A DNA stretch of 64,000 nucleotides, taken from Octopus sinensis. Its lineage: Eukaryota. This document shows, one piece after another, positions 61,473-64,000 of this stretch. The notes beneath the pieces were generated by a model that saw only the letters and a list, made by a program, of their open reading frames with translations, ran no database searches and was not told where the DNA came from. Where the stretch lies: assembly GCF_006345805.1 (NCBI RefSeq), contig NC_043021.1, positions 5,704,001 to 5,768,000 of the forward strand, given 5' to 3'. How positions within the stretch are numbered: the first letter of the stretch is position 1; each line of letters begins with the position of its first letter. The translations under genes were made by a program, and so were the position numbers.

Positions 61473-61479
61473 ATATATA

Positions 61480-63090
61480 AAATCAAATCAAATCAAATCA
61501 AAATAGATGAACATCAATGGAATTTGTATCTTGTGGTACCAGTGCCGGTGGCACACAAGGAAACCATCCGAACGTGGCCGTAGCCAGTACCGCATCGACT
61601 GGCCTCCGTGCTGTGGGCACGCAACAAACACCATCCGATCGTGGCCGTTCGCCAGCCTCATCTGGCACCTGTGTCGGTGGCACATAAAAACACCATCCGA
61701 AGACCCGGCAAGACTAGTCAGGCCATAACCCGTGGCCCCTACCTGGGACGTAGTCAGTCCACCTGTGCATACCTTCCTTCTTGTGACACTTGTGAAGACC
61801 TGTTGAGGCAAGTGAAAATCAAATCAAATCAAAACAAATCAAAATAGATGAACATCAATGGAATTTGTATCTTGTGGTACCAGTGCCGGTGGCACACAAG
61901 AAAATCATCCGAACGTGGCCGTAGCCAGTACCGCATAGACTGGCCTCCGTGCTTTGGGGACGTAACAAACACCATCCGATCGTGGCCGTCCGCCAGCCTC
62001 ATCTGGCACCTGTGTCAGTGGCACATAAAAACACCATCCGAGCGTGGCCGTCTGCCAGCCTCGTCTGGCACCTGTGTCGGTGGCACATAAAAACACCATC
62101 CGAGCGTGGCCGTTCGCCAGCCTCGTCTGGCACCTGTGTCGGTGGCACATAAAATCACCCACTACACTCTCGGAGTGGTTGGCGTTAGGAAGGGCATCCA
62201 GCTGTAGAAACACTGCCAGATCTGACTGGCCTGGTGCAGCCTTCGGGCTCCCCAGACCCCAGTTGAACCGTCCAACCCATGCTAGCATGGAAAACGGACG
62301 CTAAATGATGATGATGATGATGATGATATATATATATCTCCGTGCTGTGGGCACGTAACAAACACCATCCGATCGTGGCCGTTTGCCAGCCTCATCTGGC
62401 ACCTGTGTCAGTGGCACATAAAAACACCATCCGAGCGTGGCCGTCTGCCAGCCTCGTCTGGCACCTGTGTCGGTGGCACATAAAAAAACACCATCCGAGC
62501 GTGGCCGTTTGCCAGCCTCGTCTGGCATCTGTGTCGGTGGCACATAAAAACACCATCCGAGCGTGGCCGTCTGCCAGCCTCGTCTGGCACCTGTGTCGGT
62601 GGCACATAAAAAAACACCATCCGAGCGTGGCCGTTTGCCAGCCTCGTCTGGCACCTGTGTCAGTGGCACATAAAAACACCATCCGAGCGTGGCCGTCTGC
62701 CAGCCTCGTCTGGCACCTGTGTCGGTAGTACATAAAAAAACACCATCCGAGCGTGGCCGTTTGCCAGCCTCGTCTGGCACCTGTGTCAGTGGCACATAAA
62801 AACACCATCCGAGCGTGGCCGTCTGCCAGCCTCGTCTGGCACCTGTGTCGGTGGCACATAAAAAAACACCATCCGAGCGTGGCCGTTTGCCAGCCTCGTC
62901 TGGCACCTGTGTCGGTGGCTCATAAAATCACCCACTACACTCACGGAGTGGTTGGCGTTAGGAAGGGCATCCAGCTGTAGAAACACTGCCAGATCTGACT
63001 GGCCTGGTGCAGCCTTCGGGCTCCCCAGACCCCAGTTGAACCGTCCAACCCATGCTAGCATGGAAAACGGACGCTAAATGATGATGATGA
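61480..63090 (+). repeat. Rearranged RTE 3' ends with an expanded 62/64-bp minisatellite
   Basis: Unit caccatccgagcgtggccgt(c/t)tgccagcctcgtctggcacctgtgtcggtggcacat(a5/a7); nine consecutive units at 62363-62925; (GAT)n tails at 62306 and 63080. Confidence 0.85.
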
Positions 63091-63152
<62 letters not shown>

Positions 63153-63230
63153 GTGCAGGAGTGACTGTGTAATAAGAAACTTGCTTCCCAACCACATGGT
63201 TCCAGGTTCAGTCCCACTGCATGGCACCTT

Positions 63231-63306
63231 GACCTACGGGCATTTCAACTGCATTGACTGCACATTGTTGGATATGCAACATCGTCAGTGCAGTTTCATC
63301 AGGGTC
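63231..63306 (-). ncRNA. Type I hammerhead motif
   Basis: Minus strand: GACC-CTGATGA-AACTGCA...TGCAGTT-GAAA-TgcccGT-A^GGTC. Confidence 0.7.
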
Positions 63307-63931
63307 CTTACTCTCTGCCATTTCGTGAAACTGAAGGAATAAAAAAATAAATAAATAAAAAAATTTATTAGAATAACAAACTAAGAATATTCCTTTTGAA
63401 ATGAGAGGAACGGTAAACTTGTAGTAGTAATAACAAATCTACATAAACATTCAATCCAACCGTGACCTATTTTTAGGACTATGTTTCTCGCTTCACCTAC
63501 CACATAGAGGTGAACCTCAGTCAAAATTCCCACGACTATTAATAGCAGCACCCACACCTCCTACTAAACACTTCATTCGGGTTTTCTGATTATTGCTTCT
63601 GTTTTGAACACAACATGTGATTCCTCTTACACCCAGCTTTTCACTTAGTACTTTTGTACTATGAAATATATATATGTGTGAAAGGGCATGGATCAGTGGT
63701 TAGAGAGTATTGGGCTCACAGCAAGACCCTTTATTTCGCGTTGCTCCATTTCACTCAGCTGTAGAAATGGGTTGCAATGTCACTGGTGCCAAGCTGTAGC
63801 AGCCTTTTGGAACCAAGTTTCTTACTACACACTGTGTATATGTATGTGTGTGTGTGTGTGTATTTGTGTATGTGTGTGTATGGGTGTATATATGTATGCA
63901 TGTATATATGTGTACATATTACATGTACATC

Positions 63932-64000
<69 letters not shown>

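Noticed and set aside
61905-63061. Repetitive ORFs, and a possible CRISPR-like array
   Set aside because: The units are contiguous with no unique spacers, lie in an RTE 3' UTR, and there are no cas genes in this eukaryotic DNA.

Overview
This is an AT-rich, microsatellite-dense animal genomic window. The repeat content (CORE-type tRNA SINEs, RTE 3' ends) points to a cephalopod, most likely Octopus; that is an inference. Nearly all ORFs in the supplied track are spurious. Three spliced genes are supported. (1) The first coding exon of a KCTD10/BACURD BTB gene on the minus strand (4601-4769). (2) A complete 17-exon FET-family gene (FUS/EWSR1/TAF15/cabeza orthologue, 23097-45889, plus strand, 607 aa by my exon assembly). 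(3) A large exon of a secreted Yellow/major-royal-jelly-like protein (58423-59201, plus strand). The most striking unannotated signal is a set of 11 type I hammerhead-ribozyme motifs of the Penelope-like element (PLE) kind, each with an intact CUGANGA/GAAA core. Seven lie within 4.4 kb (13.7-18.1 kb) and most have a palindromic stem III. They occur with a non-autonomous PLE carrying inverted pseudo-LTRs, two hairpin hammerhead elements bracketing the FET promoter, a tRNA-headed SINE with a hammerhead tail, and a decayed PLE reverse-transcriptase ORF (51.5-52.4 kb). Also present: Merlin-like and piggyBac-like MITEs, a ~15 kb SINE-free block in the FET gene, and a dimeric higher-order minisatellite inside an RTE 3' end. 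All analysis was by eye, and repeat boundaries are approximate.
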